A stretch of 64,000 bases of DNA from assembly GCA_036679665.1 (NCBI GenBank), contig JAZHEJ010000042.1:4137-68136 (forward strand), written 5' to 3'. Origin of the DNA: Candidatus Tethybacter castellensis. GTDB taxonomy: Bacteria > Pseudomonadota > Gammaproteobacteria > Tethybacterales > Tethybacteraceae. A model generated the notes under the pieces. That model had not been told where the DNA came from. It worked only from the letters and a program-made list of their open reading frames with translations, and made no database searches. Both the position numbers and the translations under genes were made by a program. This document shows, piece by piece, positions 19,240 through 28,763 of this stretch; positions within the stretch are counted from its first letter, which is position 1, and each line of letters starts with the position of its first letter.

Positions 19240-19890
19240 TTGCTTTTAGCTGATGTTACAAGCAGGTTGAACAAACGCTCTAAAACCCGAACCTGGCTTG
19301 CAAAGCACCGCAACGACTATCAGGTCAGACAGGCGGTAGCTGCGGGCTGGAGGTCGCGGGCCGCATGCAAGCTTGCTGAAATTGACGACCGGTTGCACAT
19401 TCTGCGGCGCGCGCGTAGCATTCTTGACATCGGGGCGGCACCGGGAGGATGGTTACAAGTTGCTTTAGAGCGCGCCGCGGTCGGTGCTCGAATTGTCGGA
19501 GTTGACTTGCTGCCGATCAAGCCGTTAGACGGGGTGTGTTTGCTGACAGGTGATATCGGCGACGCGCGGATCAAAAGCGCGATTGCCGCAAAAGTTAGCG
19601 CACCGATTGATCTGGTGATGTGCGATGCTGCTCCCAATCTTAGCGGTTTCCGCGCTCGCGACGAGGCATTGTGTGAACAGCTGCACGCTGAAGTATTTGA
19701 AATATGCGTTGCGTATCAAGCTAAAGTATTGTTACTAAAAGGTTTTAGCGGAACAACAATAAAAAAAGCTGAAAAGAAAGCAAAATTATGCTTTGCCAAA
19801 ACTAGTTTTTTACATTTGGATTCGATACGCAAACATAGTAGTGAGGTCTATCTAATTGCAAAACAGGCATTTCACTCATACAATAAATAG
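19240..19890 (+). CDS. rlmE: 23S rRNA (uridine2552-2'-O)-methyltransferase RlmE/FtsJ
   Basis: WRSRAACKLAEID and LDIGAAPGGW motifs. It sits upstream of ftsH as in the E. coli-type locus. The start is a TTG. Confidence 0.85.
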   Translation: MLLADVTSRLNKRSKTRTWLAKHRNDYQVRQAVAAGWRSRAACKLAEIDDRLHILRRARSILDIGAAPGGWLQVALERAAVGARIVGVDLLPIKPLDGVCLLTGDIGDARIKSAIAAKVSAPIDLVMCDAAPNLSGFRARDEALCEQLHAEVFEICVAYQAKVLLLKGFSGTTIKKAEKKAKLCFAKTSFLHLDSIRKHSSEVYLIAKQAFHSYNK

Positions 19891-19915
19891 ATGAAGCTAC
19901 ATATCGAGGAAAACT

Positions 19916-21820
19916 GTGAACAATAGTATGCGCACAATATTTTTTTGGGGATTAATTTTTGCAGTAATCACGCTGATTTTCGCCAACTTTAACAATGCTG
20001 ACGACCAGTATGAACTAGTGCCGTTCTCCAAGTTTATGAACGATGCGGAGTCTGGTCTGTTTCAGACGGTCACGGTTGATGAGCGACGGATGTACGCTAA
20101 AACCACCGATGGACGTCAGTTGATGACTAACGCTCCCGCCGACGTGTTCATGCTTTCTGATTTACGCAAGTCAGGAGTGGAAATCATTGCCAAGCCGATC
20201 AAGGAACGCTCCTTGCTTGGATCGATATTTATTTCATGGTTTCCTATGTTGTTACTGATCGGAGTGTGGATATTCTTCATGCGCCAGATGCAAGGCGGGG
20301 GCCGGGGTGGAGCATTTTCGTTCGGTAAAAGCCGTGCCCGTATGTTAGACAACGAGGCTAACACGGTCACATTCCAGAACGTGGCCGGTTGCGAAGAAGC
20401 CAAAGAAGAAGTTTATGAAATCGTCGAGTTTCTCAAGGATCCGGGCAAATTTCAGAAGCTAGGAGGCAAGATTCCGCGCGGCGTGTTGTTAGTCGGAGCT
20501 CCGGGCACTGGCAAGACATTGCTTGCCAAAGCGATCGCTGGCGAATCTCAGGTACCTTTTTTCTCGATTTCCGGTTCTGATTTTGTTGAGATGTTTGTAG
20601 GAGTCGGTGCCGCCAGAGTCCGCGATATGTTTGAGCAGGCACAGAAAAAGGCGCCGTGCATCATCTTTATCGATGAAATAGACGCGGTCGGTCGTCAACG
20701 CGGCGCGGGACTAGGCGGTGGGAACGACGAGCGCGAACAAACTCTAAACCAAATGTTGGTGGGTATGGACGGATTCGATGAAAACCTTGGGGTGATCGTG
20801 ATCGCGGCCACCAACCGCCCTGATGTGCTTGATCCGGCTTTGACCAGGCCAGGCAGGTTTGACCGACAGGTGATGGTGCCGTTACCGGATATTCTTGGGC
20901 GGACGGAAATTTTAAAAGTTCATATGCGCAAGGTTCCGCATAGTGGTTCTGTAGTTGTCAAAGACATAGCGCGGGGCACGCCGGGATTTTCCGGAGCCGA
21001 TCTTGCCAACTTGGTTAACGAAGCCGCCCTTATGGCCGCCCGTCGCAATCATCGTGAAGTTACGATGGCTGATTTCGAAGACGCCAAGGAAAAAATTATT
21101 ATGGGTTCGGAACGCAAGTCGGTCGTCATGCCCGAACATGAGCGTAAAAACACCGCTTATCATGAATCCGGCCACGCGATCGTTGCGCGCATGCTTAAGC
21201 ATACTGATCCAGTGCACAAAGTGTCAATTATTCCTCATGGCCGTGCACTTGGAGTTACCATGCAGTTGCCGGTCGAGGATCGCTACAACATGAACGCTGA
21301 GCAATTGCTAGACAGTATCTGTATGTTGCTTGCCGGTCGCGCCGCTGAAGAGATTTTCATGAAGCAAAAAACCACCGGCGCTTCTAACGATTTCGAACGT
21401 GCCACTGATATGGCCCGGCGAATGGTATCACTGTGGGGAATGAGCGAGAGCCTGGGCCAGATGGTCAGTAGTGAAAGTGAAGGGGAAATTTTCCTCGGTC
21501 GCTCTTTGGTGCAGCACCGCCAGGTTTCCGAGGAGACCTTGCGTCGAATCGACAGTGAAATTCGCGAAATTATTGATACCCAATATGCCAAAGCGATGCA
21601 ACTGTTGCGCGACAACATCGATAAGGTTGAAGTTATGGCTAAGGCGTTACTTGACTGGGAAACTCTCAATGAACTCCAAATTAACGATATCATCGAAGGA
21701 CGCGACCCGCGGGCGCCGACTGAAGCCGTAGATGACGCTAAAAATACTGATGATAAGGAAGACACAGGGGACAGAGGAGGCAAAGCTTCGGTTGTTGTTT
21801 CTGATGGTAATCCGGCTTAG
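19916..21820 (+). CDS. ftsH: ATP-dependent zinc metalloprotease FtsH
   Basis: Two N-terminal TM helices, Walker A (GAPGTGKT), Walker B (IIFIDEIDA), second region of homology and the HESGHAIV zinc site. Confidence 0.95.
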   Translation: MNNSMRTIFFWGLIFAVITLIFANFNNADDQYELVPFSKFMNDAESGLFQTVTVDERRMYAKTTDGRQLMTNAPADVFMLSDLRKSGVEIIAKPIKERSLLGSIFISWFPMLLLIGVWIFFMRQMQGGGRGGAFSFGKSRARMLDNEANTVTFQNVAGCEEAKEEVYEIVEFLKDPGKFQKLGGKIPRGVLLVGAPGTGKTLLAKAIAGESQVPFFSISGSDFVEMFVGVGAARVRDMFEQAQKKAPCIIFIDEIDAVGRQRGAGLGGGNDEREQTLNQMLVGMDGFDENLGVIVIAATNRPDVLDPALTRPGRFDRQVMVPLPDILGRTEILKVHMRKVPHSGSVVVKDIARGTPGFSGADLANLVNEAALMAARRNHREVTMADFEDAKEKIIMGSERKSVVMPEHERKNTAYHESGHAIVARMLKHTDPVHKVSIIPHGRALGVTMQLPVEDRYNMNAEQLLDSICMLLAGRAAEEIFMKQKTTGASNDFERATDMARRMVSLWGMSESLGQMVSSESEGEIFLGRSLVQHRQVSEETLRRIDSEIREIIDTQYAKAMQLLRDNIDKVEVMAKALLDWETLNELQINDIIEGRDPRAPTEAVDDAKNTDDKEDTGDRGGKASVVVSDGNPA

Positions 21821-22385
21821 TAAATTATGGGATAGCCGCATTGTCGGATTGATTATTACCGGCATATTGTCGGTATTTTTTAATCCGGCGGTTGCGCAAC
21901 AGGATTCTGATCAAGACGAATCATTGTTGGCTCCGGTGCAACTTGCGGCACGTGCCGGAGACTTTGAACTTGCTTTGAATCGTGTGGAAATTATCGTAAG
22001 GCCTGACTTGAAAACTAAGGCTTTTGCGGTGCTAGGCGAGGAGTATGCTCGTGTTGGCAATCAGGATCTGGCAGAGCAATATTATTCTGAAGCACAGGAG
22101 ATTTTAAATACAGGAAGAATGCGTAAAATCGAACAAGCTTCCGCCCATTTGTTTTTAGCACGCTCATACAGCCGCAATGAACAATTCACGGAAAAGGCTC
22201 AAGAGCACTTGAACGTAGCCGCGGACTTGATCGGCGGCTTAGCTGGTATTTCCCTTGATTTGGGGTTATTTGAATTAGCGGCTGTCAGTTATCAGATTAA
22301 TAAAGATGTGAAGGAAGTCAAACAAATTATTTCTTTAATCGGCGATCAACAACTGCGCACGAAGTTGTTGGCTCAATATGAATAG
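21804..22385 (+). CDS. Hypothetical exported helical-repeat (TPR-like) protein occupying the folP position
   Basis: The ATG at 21804 gives a good Sec signal, [33 protein letters not shown]. The remainder is helical-repeat-like and contains no DHPS motifs. The gene overlaps the ftsH end by 17 nt. Confidence 0.5.
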   Translation: MVIRLSKLWDSRIVGLIITGILSVFFNPAVAQQDSDQDESLLAPVQLAARAGDFELALNRVEIIVRPDLKTKAFAVLGEEYARVGNQDLAEQYYSEAQEILNTGRMRKIEQASAHLFLARSYSRNEQFTEKAQEHLNVAADLIGGLAGISLDLGLFELAAVSYQINKDVKEVKQIISLIGDQQLRTKLLAQYE

Positions 22386-22426
22386 GACAAGCACTATATT
22401 TATGTCATGTGCTATGTCGGACTAAA

Positions 22427-23752
22427 ATGATTTCCTGTCGGTTTGGTACCGACGGTATTCGTGGCAGGGTGGGCGTTGACCCGATGGTACCCGACACAAT
22501 TTTGCGTCTTGGCTACGCGATTGGTAAAGTGCTAGGAGGACGTGGGCGCGAGGTTGTTGTAGGTAAAGATACTAGGCTTTCCGGCTATATGGTCGAATCG
22601 GCGATTGAAGCGGGACTTTCTGCCACCGGCATAGACACTGCCCTTACCGGGCCAGTACCCACATCCGCAGTGGCTTGGCTTGTCCAGCAGGAAAAAGCTG
22701 CGGCAGGTATTGTTATTTCTGCTTCCCATAACCCGCACCACGATAACGGTATAAAGTTGTTTGACGGTTTTGGCAACAAGCTATCCGATCAGATCGAAAA
22801 AGACATTGAGCGTTTGGCCCATCCGTCCGCGCCTCGGCCAGAATGGGTTCATGAGCCCGGTAAAGTAAGAAGATTAGATGATGCGCTAGATCGTTATATC
22901 GATTTTTGCGCAAGCACGGTCTCAGACTTTTCTTTACGCGGGCGCAAAGTGGTTGTCGACGCGGCTAACGGGGCGGCTTACGCAAGTGCGCCGGCGATCG
23001 TGCGTAAACTTGGCGCCACCGTAGTTGAGTTCGGGTGTGAACCGGATGGACGGAATATTAATGTTTCATGCGGTGCGCTTTTACCCGAGTTTGCGGCCCA
23101 GGTGGTAAGAGACGAAAAGTGCGATTACGGAATTGTTCTAGATGGAGATGCTGATCGCCTGATATTGCTTGATGCCGACGGTCAAATACTAGACGGTGAC
23201 GTTTGTTTGTATGTGTTGTGCCGATGTCTTGCCGCACGCGCCAGCGCACCGGCCGGAGTAGTGGGTACCGTGATGTCCAACGAAGCTTTGGCAGTTGCGT
23301 TGCAACAGCTAAATATTGAATTTGTGCGCGCCAATGTCGGCGATCGCAATATCGCAAGGGAGTTGGTCGCAAGAAAGTGGCAATATGGCTCTGAGCCTTC
23401 CGGACATATACTCATGCTTGATCGGCACGGTACCGGCGACGGGGTTATCGCCGCGCTAGGAATTTTGCAGGCCCTCGAAGCTAGCGGGATGCAGCTGGGC
23501 GACGTAGCCGCTGAGTATCGGCCGATGCCGAGCAAGTCGACAAATGTAAAAGCGGCAAATCCGCACAAGGTTTGCGAGCTACTGAGTGAAACAGTCAGTG
23601 TCGAAGAACAAAAAAAAGAAATTGGTAGAATTATTGTGCGTCCTTCTGGCACCGAACCGGTAGTCAGACTGTTGGTTGAAGCCAACCAACTGCAAGTGGC
23701 GCAAGAAGTATTACAACGCATTGCTCATAAGGCTAGACTCATACAATGTTAA
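22427..23752 (+). CDS. glmM: Phosphoglucosamine mutase
   Basis: FGTDGIRGRVG N-terminus, ISASHNPHHDNGIKLF phosphoserine loop and DGDADR metal site. Confidence 0.9.
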   Translation: MISCRFGTDGIRGRVGVDPMVPDTILRLGYAIGKVLGGRGREVVVGKDTRLSGYMVESAIEAGLSATGIDTALTGPVPTSAVAWLVQQEKAAAGIVISASHNPHHDNGIKLFDGFGNKLSDQIEKDIERLAHPSAPRPEWVHEPGKVRRLDDALDRYIDFCASTVSDFSLRGRKVVVDAANGAAYASAPAIVRKLGATVVEFGCEPDGRNINVSCGALLPEFAAQVVRDEKCDYGIVLDGDADRLILLDADGQILDGDVCLYVLCRCLAARASAPAGVVGTVMSNEALAVALQQLNIEFVRANVGDRNIARELVARKWQYGSEPSGHILMLDRHGTGDGVIAALGILQALEASGMQLGDVAAEYRPMPSKSTNVKAANPHKVCELLSETVSVEEQKKEIGRIIVRPSGTEPVVRLLVEANQLQVAQEVLQRIAHKARLIQC

Positions 23753-23795
23753 AATCTTTGAGCCTCAGGGCTTAAGGTTTTATTATTACTAGACC

Positions 23796-26060
23796 ATGAC
23801 CAGGATAATCATTAATCTGATATTTGCCGCAGTAGTGGTTTTACCGCTATTGACTGTGGCTAGCGGCCCGACAATCTTTTCTATCGGCCTGTTCGAAAAG
23901 ATTGAGCAGATCGTATACGACGAAAGAATAATAGGTAGCATTTCATCATCCCAAAGTTATGAGGTCGATGAGCGTATAGTCATCGTTGATATCGATCAAG
24001 AAAGCATCGACCAGATCGGGATATGGCCATGGCGACGGGATATCATCGCCGACTTTATTTCACTACTGTTAGGTAATGCGCGGATGGTGGTTTTCCAGGA
24101 TCGTTTCAGTACCCGCGATAACCAAACTGTGAGTATCTTCGAAGACTTGCAAGATCGTTTTTACTACGATGACGCGATACTAGCGGCCATTCGCCGCATC
24201 GAACCTGAATTCAATTACGATCTGCGGTTGCTTAATGAAATAGACGGTCAGGAGGTTATTGTCGGGTTCGAATTCGACACGGTACAACGCCAGACCGGCG
24301 TGTTGCCAGAATCGGTGGAACTTGTGGATGATAATGAAAGGCCTATCAGTGGATCGGTATTGCGTTCCGTAGCACGCAACTGGAAATCCTATGAGGGCTT
24401 TTTGGGTAACGAAGAGGAATTTAATAAACGCGCGCTTGCAGTCGGTTTCACCAATTTCCGCACCGATGCGGACGGAGTAATACGCTTTTATGATTTGGTT
24501 GCCAGCAATGCCGGGGTTCGATATCCATCGCTAGGGCTGGTTGCGTTACGCTATTACGATGATCCGACCTTGCCGTTTAATTTTAAAGCTAACATTGGTA
24601 GCGACTACTCGCTGGTGTATGGGTCGAGCATCGACAGAATCGGTGTTGAAGGCCACCAAGTGAATATTAATCGCGACGGCAGCATGCTGTTGAACTTTAA
24701 AAGTTTTGGCGGCAAAAACCGTAGTTTTCAGTATATTCCGGCCCATCAGGTTATTTCAGGCAGTCTCCCTCCCGGAACGCTAGATGACAAAATCGTGTTC
24801 GTCGGCTCAACGTCGCTGGTGATAAGCGATTTGTGGTTGACGCCGGTTAATCCGCAGATGCCGGGTATCGAGATACATGCGACTGCGCTTCAAAATTTGC
24901 TTGACAGTTCTGCGCTAAAACGCGGACACAATTCTTGGATTGTAGAGAATATTTTGTTGATTATCTTGGCCGGCCTAATATCGGTTTTCTATCCCAAGCT
25001 TCGAGTGAGCATATCTTTGCTGATCAGCATTGTTCTGATTTTGGGCGTGTATTACATCAACTACAGTTATTTCTGGCTAGAACACCAGCAAGTATATCGA
25101 ATTGTGCCATTTGTGATGGTTATCTTGGTACTCACGATGGTTAATCTACTGTCGGGATTTGTCGTGGAGTATCAGCAAAAGCGCAAGGTGGAAGGAGTGC
25201 TCAACCAGTATATTCCGCCTGAACTTGCTCGTGAGGTGAATGAAAGTCAAGGTGGATTTTCGATGGAAGGTGAAATTCGTGAGATGACCATTTTGTTTTC
25301 AGATGTTCGCGGTTTTACCACGATATCCGAGCAGTTTAAAGCTCATGAACTGACTAAACTCATGAATCAGATGCTTACCGCATTGTCGCGTCAAATCCAC
25401 GCCAATCGAGGAACGATCGACAAATATATTGGTGATGCGGTAATGGCTTTTTGGAACGCTCCGCTGGACGATCCCAACCACGCCGCCAATGCGGTGCGTG
25501 GAGCAATCAGCATGCAGCAGGCCATACGTAAACTGTCAGATGAGTTACAGGCTAAAGGCTCTCCTGCGCTCAACATGGGAGTCGGTATCAATACCGGAGA
25601 AAGCTGTGTTGGAAACATGGGCTCTGAGATCAGGTTGTCATACACGGTGATGGGTGACCCGGTCAATCTTGCGTCTAGGCTTGAAGGTATTACCAAACAA
25701 TACGATGTTGATATCTTAGTCGGAGAGCGCACCTACGAACTTACCAAAGACCAATTTATTTATCGGCCGGTTGACGCGGTGCGGGTAAAGGGCAAGACCA
25801 AAGCGGTGATGATTTATCAGCCGATAGGAGATTCGAAAACTGCCACCAACGAACTTAAGCGTTTCCAATCGGATTCGCTTGCTTACTGGCAAGCTTACAC
25901 TGAGCGCCGTTTTGAAGAAATGGCCGCTATCTTGCACAAGAATTTGGAATTGTATCCAGGTGACGGCTTAATGAGAATTTATTTGGCTCGAGCGATGAAA
26001 CACCTTGAAATTCCTCCTCCGGACGACTGGGAACCCATTACTAATTTCGAAACGAAATAA
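23796..26060 (+). CDS. CHASE2 sensor domain-containing class III adenylate cyclase
   Basis: N-terminal TM helix, a ~350-aa periplasmic region, then 3-4 TM helices. The cyclase domain has metal-binding Asp residues (ILFSDVRGFT, IGDAVMA), substrate-specifying Lys (IDKYIGD) and Asp (MGDPVN), and the NLASRLE motif. Confidence 0.8.
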   Translation: MTRIIINLIFAAVVVLPLLTVASGPTIFSIGLFEKIEQIVYDERIIGSISSSQSYEVDERIVIVDIDQESIDQIGIWPWRRDIIADFISLLLGNARMVVFQDRFSTRDNQTVSIFEDLQDRFYYDDAILAAIRRIEPEFNYDLRLLNEIDGQEVIVGFEFDTVQRQTGVLPESVELVDDNERPISGSVLRSVARNWKSYEGFLGNEEEFNKRALAVGFTNFRTDADGVIRFYDLVASNAGVRYPSLGLVALRYYDDPTLPFNFKANIGSDYSLVYGSSIDRIGVEGHQVNINRDGSMLLNFKSFGGKNRSFQYIPAHQVISGSLPPGTLDDKIVFVGSTSLVISDLWLTPVNPQMPGIEIHATALQNLLDSSALKRGHNSWIVENILLIILAGLISVFYPKLRVSISLLISIVLILGVYYINYSYFWLEHQQVYRIVPFVMVILVLTMVNLLSGFVVEYQQKRKVEGVLNQYIPPELAREVNESQGGFSMEGEIREMTILFSDVRGFTTISEQFKAHELTKLMNQMLTALSRQIHANRGTIDKYIGDAVMAFWNAPLDDPNHAANAVRGAISMQQAIRKLSDELQAKGSPALNMGVGINTGESCVGNMGSEIRLSYTVMGDPVNLASRLEGITKQYDVDILVGERTYELTKDQFIYRPVDAVRVKGKTKAVMIYQPIGDSKTATNELKRFQSDSLAYWQAYTERRFEEMAAILHKNLELYPGDGLMRIYLARAMKHLEIPPPDDWEPITNFETK

Positions 26061-26133
26061 TGATGAAACAACAAACAATTGGCAACAAAGGAGGCAATTG
26101 CGTAGCTAGCGAAGCCGCGTTGTTGCTAAGATA

Positions 26134-26901
26134 GTGAGAGTAGAAGTACTTGGTTGTTCCGGGGGAATCTCCAAAGGTCATGATTCGACTTGCCTGCTAG
26201 TGGGTGAAACAGTGCTAGTTGACGCAGGAAGCGGCGCACGTAAGCTTGATTGCCAAGAGAGTCTCAAGATCAAAAATATATTGGTCTCCCATTCTCATCT
26301 TGATCACATCGCATCAATTTGCTTCATTGCCGATCAGGATATAGAAAATCCCAAAGCCTCAACTTTGTTGCACTGTACCACAGAGACGGCGTCGGCATTG
26401 AGGCAGTTTCTCGTAAATCAAATTCTCTGGCCTGAAATAGAAAAGGTGGTAATCAACGGTGTTCAGATGATTGAGTTTAACCTGATTAGACCTTTTGAAA
26501 AGTTCTCAGCCGACGGATACGAGTTCACCCCGCTACCTGTTCATCATGCCGTACCCACGGTGGGTTTTTGTTTGCACGGCAAAGAGCATGAGCTGATTTT
26601 CTTTTCCGATATCATCAGCGCCGACCAGGAAGTGTGGGACTGGATCAAAGGTCGCGACAAGCTCAAATATTTTGTTATCGAATCGGCTTTTCCAAATAGC
26701 ATGGAAGAGATTGCCCATATTTCGAAGCATCTTACTCCGGGAATGTTAAAAGAGCTGTGCTCGCCACTGCGTCCGGATATCGAAATCTACGCGACGCATA
26801 TAAAGCCCGTGTATTACGACACTATCGTCAAAGAACTTAGTGAGCTAAAAGATTTTCGCGAAGTCAAAGTTCTCAAAGAAGGGGACGTTTTTAAGCTTTA
26901 A
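26134..26901 (+). CDS. Class II (metallo-beta-lactamase fold) 3',5'-cyclic-nucleotide phosphodiesterase-like protein
   Basis: LGCSGG N-terminus and the HSHLDHIAS motif (HxHLDH, close to the class II PDE signature); ~255 aa; GTG start. Confidence 0.65.
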   Translation: MRVEVLGCSGGISKGHDSTCLLVGETVLVDAGSGARKLDCQESLKIKNILVSHSHLDHIASICFIADQDIENPKASTLLHCTTETASALRQFLVNQILWPEIEKVVINGVQMIEFNLIRPFEKFSADGYEFTPLPVHHAVPTVGFCLHGKEHELIFFSDIISADQEVWDWIKGRDKLKYFVIESAFPNSMEEIAHISKHLTPGMLKELCSPLRPDIEIYATHIKPVYYDTIVKELSELKDFREVKVLKEGDVFKL

Positions 26902-26911
26902 CCGCTTTTGA

Positions 26912-27103
26912 TTAACCGTCGCGACGATTAGCCGCAAAATATGCGATTGCCGTGACACAACCGGCAAGTAATAACATGGCGCAGGCAACCACCAATGCGG
27001 GCAAAGCATCAATTAATATCGCGAGCAAAAAAACTCCGATGCAAAACACCAGCACGCCAAATAGCAAATTTTTATAAACTTTTGGTATAGACCGAACTTT
27101 CAT
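26912..27103 (-). CDS. Hypothetical small two-TM membrane protein (63 aa)
   Basis: Two hydrophobic helices (LLFGVLVFCIGVFLLAILI and ALVVACAMLLLAGCVTAIAYF). It lies 62 nt downstream of lutC on the same strand. Confidence 0.35.
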   Translation of the reverse strand: MKVRSIPKVYKNLLFGVLVFCIGVFLLAILIDALPALVVACAMLLLAGCVTAIAYFAANRRDG

Positions 27104-27165
27104 TTTCCAATTAACTTTGCGTCAATCAAGATTGGTTTTATAGTGGATTGCCCCCACTATCGTTA

Positions 27166-27816
27166 TTAGTCGGTTTGGGAATTGTTTTTATTATCGGTCG
27201 TTGAATTATCCAGTAATATCGCACACACCTCCCGCGGGCCGTGAGCACCCATTACCAAGGTTTGTTCAATATCAGCCGTCCGGGAAGGGCCGCAAATCAA
27301 GACGGTAGTACTAGGAGGATTTGCTCCGATAATATCAGCAAGTTCGTCAAGCGAAGAATACAGTTTGCTGAGATTTACCACGGCAACATGTACCTCCGCG
27401 ACCAGACTAAGCCAGGCGTCCTGTTTGCGGTTGGTGACCATTATCTGGCCGGTTTCGGCAATCGCGCCGTCACAACCGGTAACGGATACTGATATTTCTT
27501 TTTCCAACTTGTCACACATTTCTATTCCCGCGGTTTTCCAGTCCAGCTTAGTAAGTTCGCCTTCAGCGACGGCGACTTTGCACGGTAATGAACGTTGGCG
27601 ACACAGTTTAGCGACCAAGTCGGGTATTTGCTGATCAACGGATGCCTCTAGTACGATGGCTTGGGCTGTGACAAGCTGAGCGCGAAAATAGCTTTCATCA
27701 AAGTTAGCTTGAGGCAATCGGATATGTTTTGGCCGGGAGTGTAGGTTGGGATTAATTTTGATTGCTTGGCGGATACTGCCCAATATCCGCTCTCGGCTGT
27801 CAGATTGATTGCTCAT
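27166..27816 (-). CDS. lutC: Lactate utilisation protein C (LUD domain, YkgG-like)
   Basis: Size and position at the end of the lutA-lutB string, with LUD-type sequence (ETGQIMV, ICGPSRTADIE). The start overlaps the upstream stop (ATGA). Confidence 0.7.
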   Translation of the reverse strand: MSNQSDSRERILGSIRQAIKINPNLHSRPKHIRLPQANFDESYFRAQLVTAQAIVLEASVDQQIPDLVAKLCRQRSLPCKVAVAEGELTKLDWKTAGIEMCDKLEKEISVSVTGCDGAIAETGQIMVTNRKQDAWLSLVAEVHVAVVNLSKLYSSLDELADIIGANPPSTTVLICGPSRTADIEQTLVMGAHGPREVCAILLDNSTTDNKNNSQTD

Positions 27817-28763
27817 GATACTAAATTCACAGGCTGATCGGCAAAAAAACTATCCGCCGTCTCAGCGATCATTTTGATCAGCTTCATTTGAGATTCCGTG
27901 CTTGCCCAAGCCACATGCGGAGTGACAATCAGTCGTGGATGAGAACAGGTCAAAAACGGGTGATCTGGTGCTGGAGGTTCGATTTCCAAAACGTCAATGC
28001 CCGCACCGCCCAGGTTACCCTCCTGCAATGCCTCAACCACTGCTGTTGCGTCAACCAGACCACCTCTTGCGGTGTTGATTAAAATCGCCTCGGGTCGCAT
28101 CATAGCAAGCGTTTCGGCGTTGATTAAATGCTTAGAATCCTCATCAAGCGGGCAGTGTAGACTGACAAAATCGCTGATAGTCAACAATTTTGCCAACGGC
28201 ATCCGAACCAAATTATCCGATTTAACACGGTTACTGGCGCGATAAATTACATTCATGCCCAAAGCTGCACATATTGAGCCTGTGGCCCGACCAAGGTTGC
28301 CAGCTCCGATTATCCCCACGGTGCGGTTGCGTAACTCGCTAATCGGCATGGTATGCAAACAAAATGACTTTGCTTTACTCCATGTTCCGTCAACTGCTTG
28401 GCGATGCAATGGTACGATGCTGCGAGCGAGAGCGAACATCAATGCGACGGCATGTTCAGGAACTGAAGAGTTTGAATAACCAGGGCTGTTGGCGACCGCG
28501 ATACCGCGCTTTTTACATGCGGGTAAATCAATGATGTCGTATCCGGTGGCTGCAACAATAATCAGCTTGAGGCGTTTAGCGACTTTTAGCTCGTTGGCAC
28601 CGATGCGAACTTTGTTGGTGATTACGATATCGGCGTCCGCGATGCGAGCACCTACAAGCTTTGCCGGGGTAATAGAGTGGACTACCCACTCATCCACACA
28701 ATCGGGGGAGACAGGTTCGCAAGACACTGTCGCGGCATCAAGAAACACGGCTTTGCAACTCAT
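27813..28763 (-). CDS. NAD-dependent D-isomer-specific 2-hydroxyacid dehydrogenase (glycerate/D-lactate dehydrogenase family)
   Basis: GIIGAGNLGRATG Rossmann motif, INTARGGLVD, DVLEIEPP and TPHVAWAS catalytic-region motifs. ATGA overlaps at both ends. Confidence 0.85.
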   Translation of the reverse strand: MSCKAVFLDAATVSCEPVSPDCVDEWVVHSITPAKLVGARIADADIVITNKVRIGANELKVAKRLKLIIVAATGYDIIDLPACKKRGIAVANSPGYSNSSVPEHAVALMFALARSIVPLHRQAVDGTWSKAKSFCLHTMPISELRNRTVGIIGAGNLGRATGSICAALGMNVIYRASNRVKSDNLVRMPLAKLLTISDFVSLHCPLDEDSKHLINAETLAMMRPEAILINTARGGLVDATAVVEALQEGNLGGAGIDVLEIEPPAPDHPFLTCSHPRLIVTPHVAWASTESQMKLIKMIAETADSFFADQPVNLVS

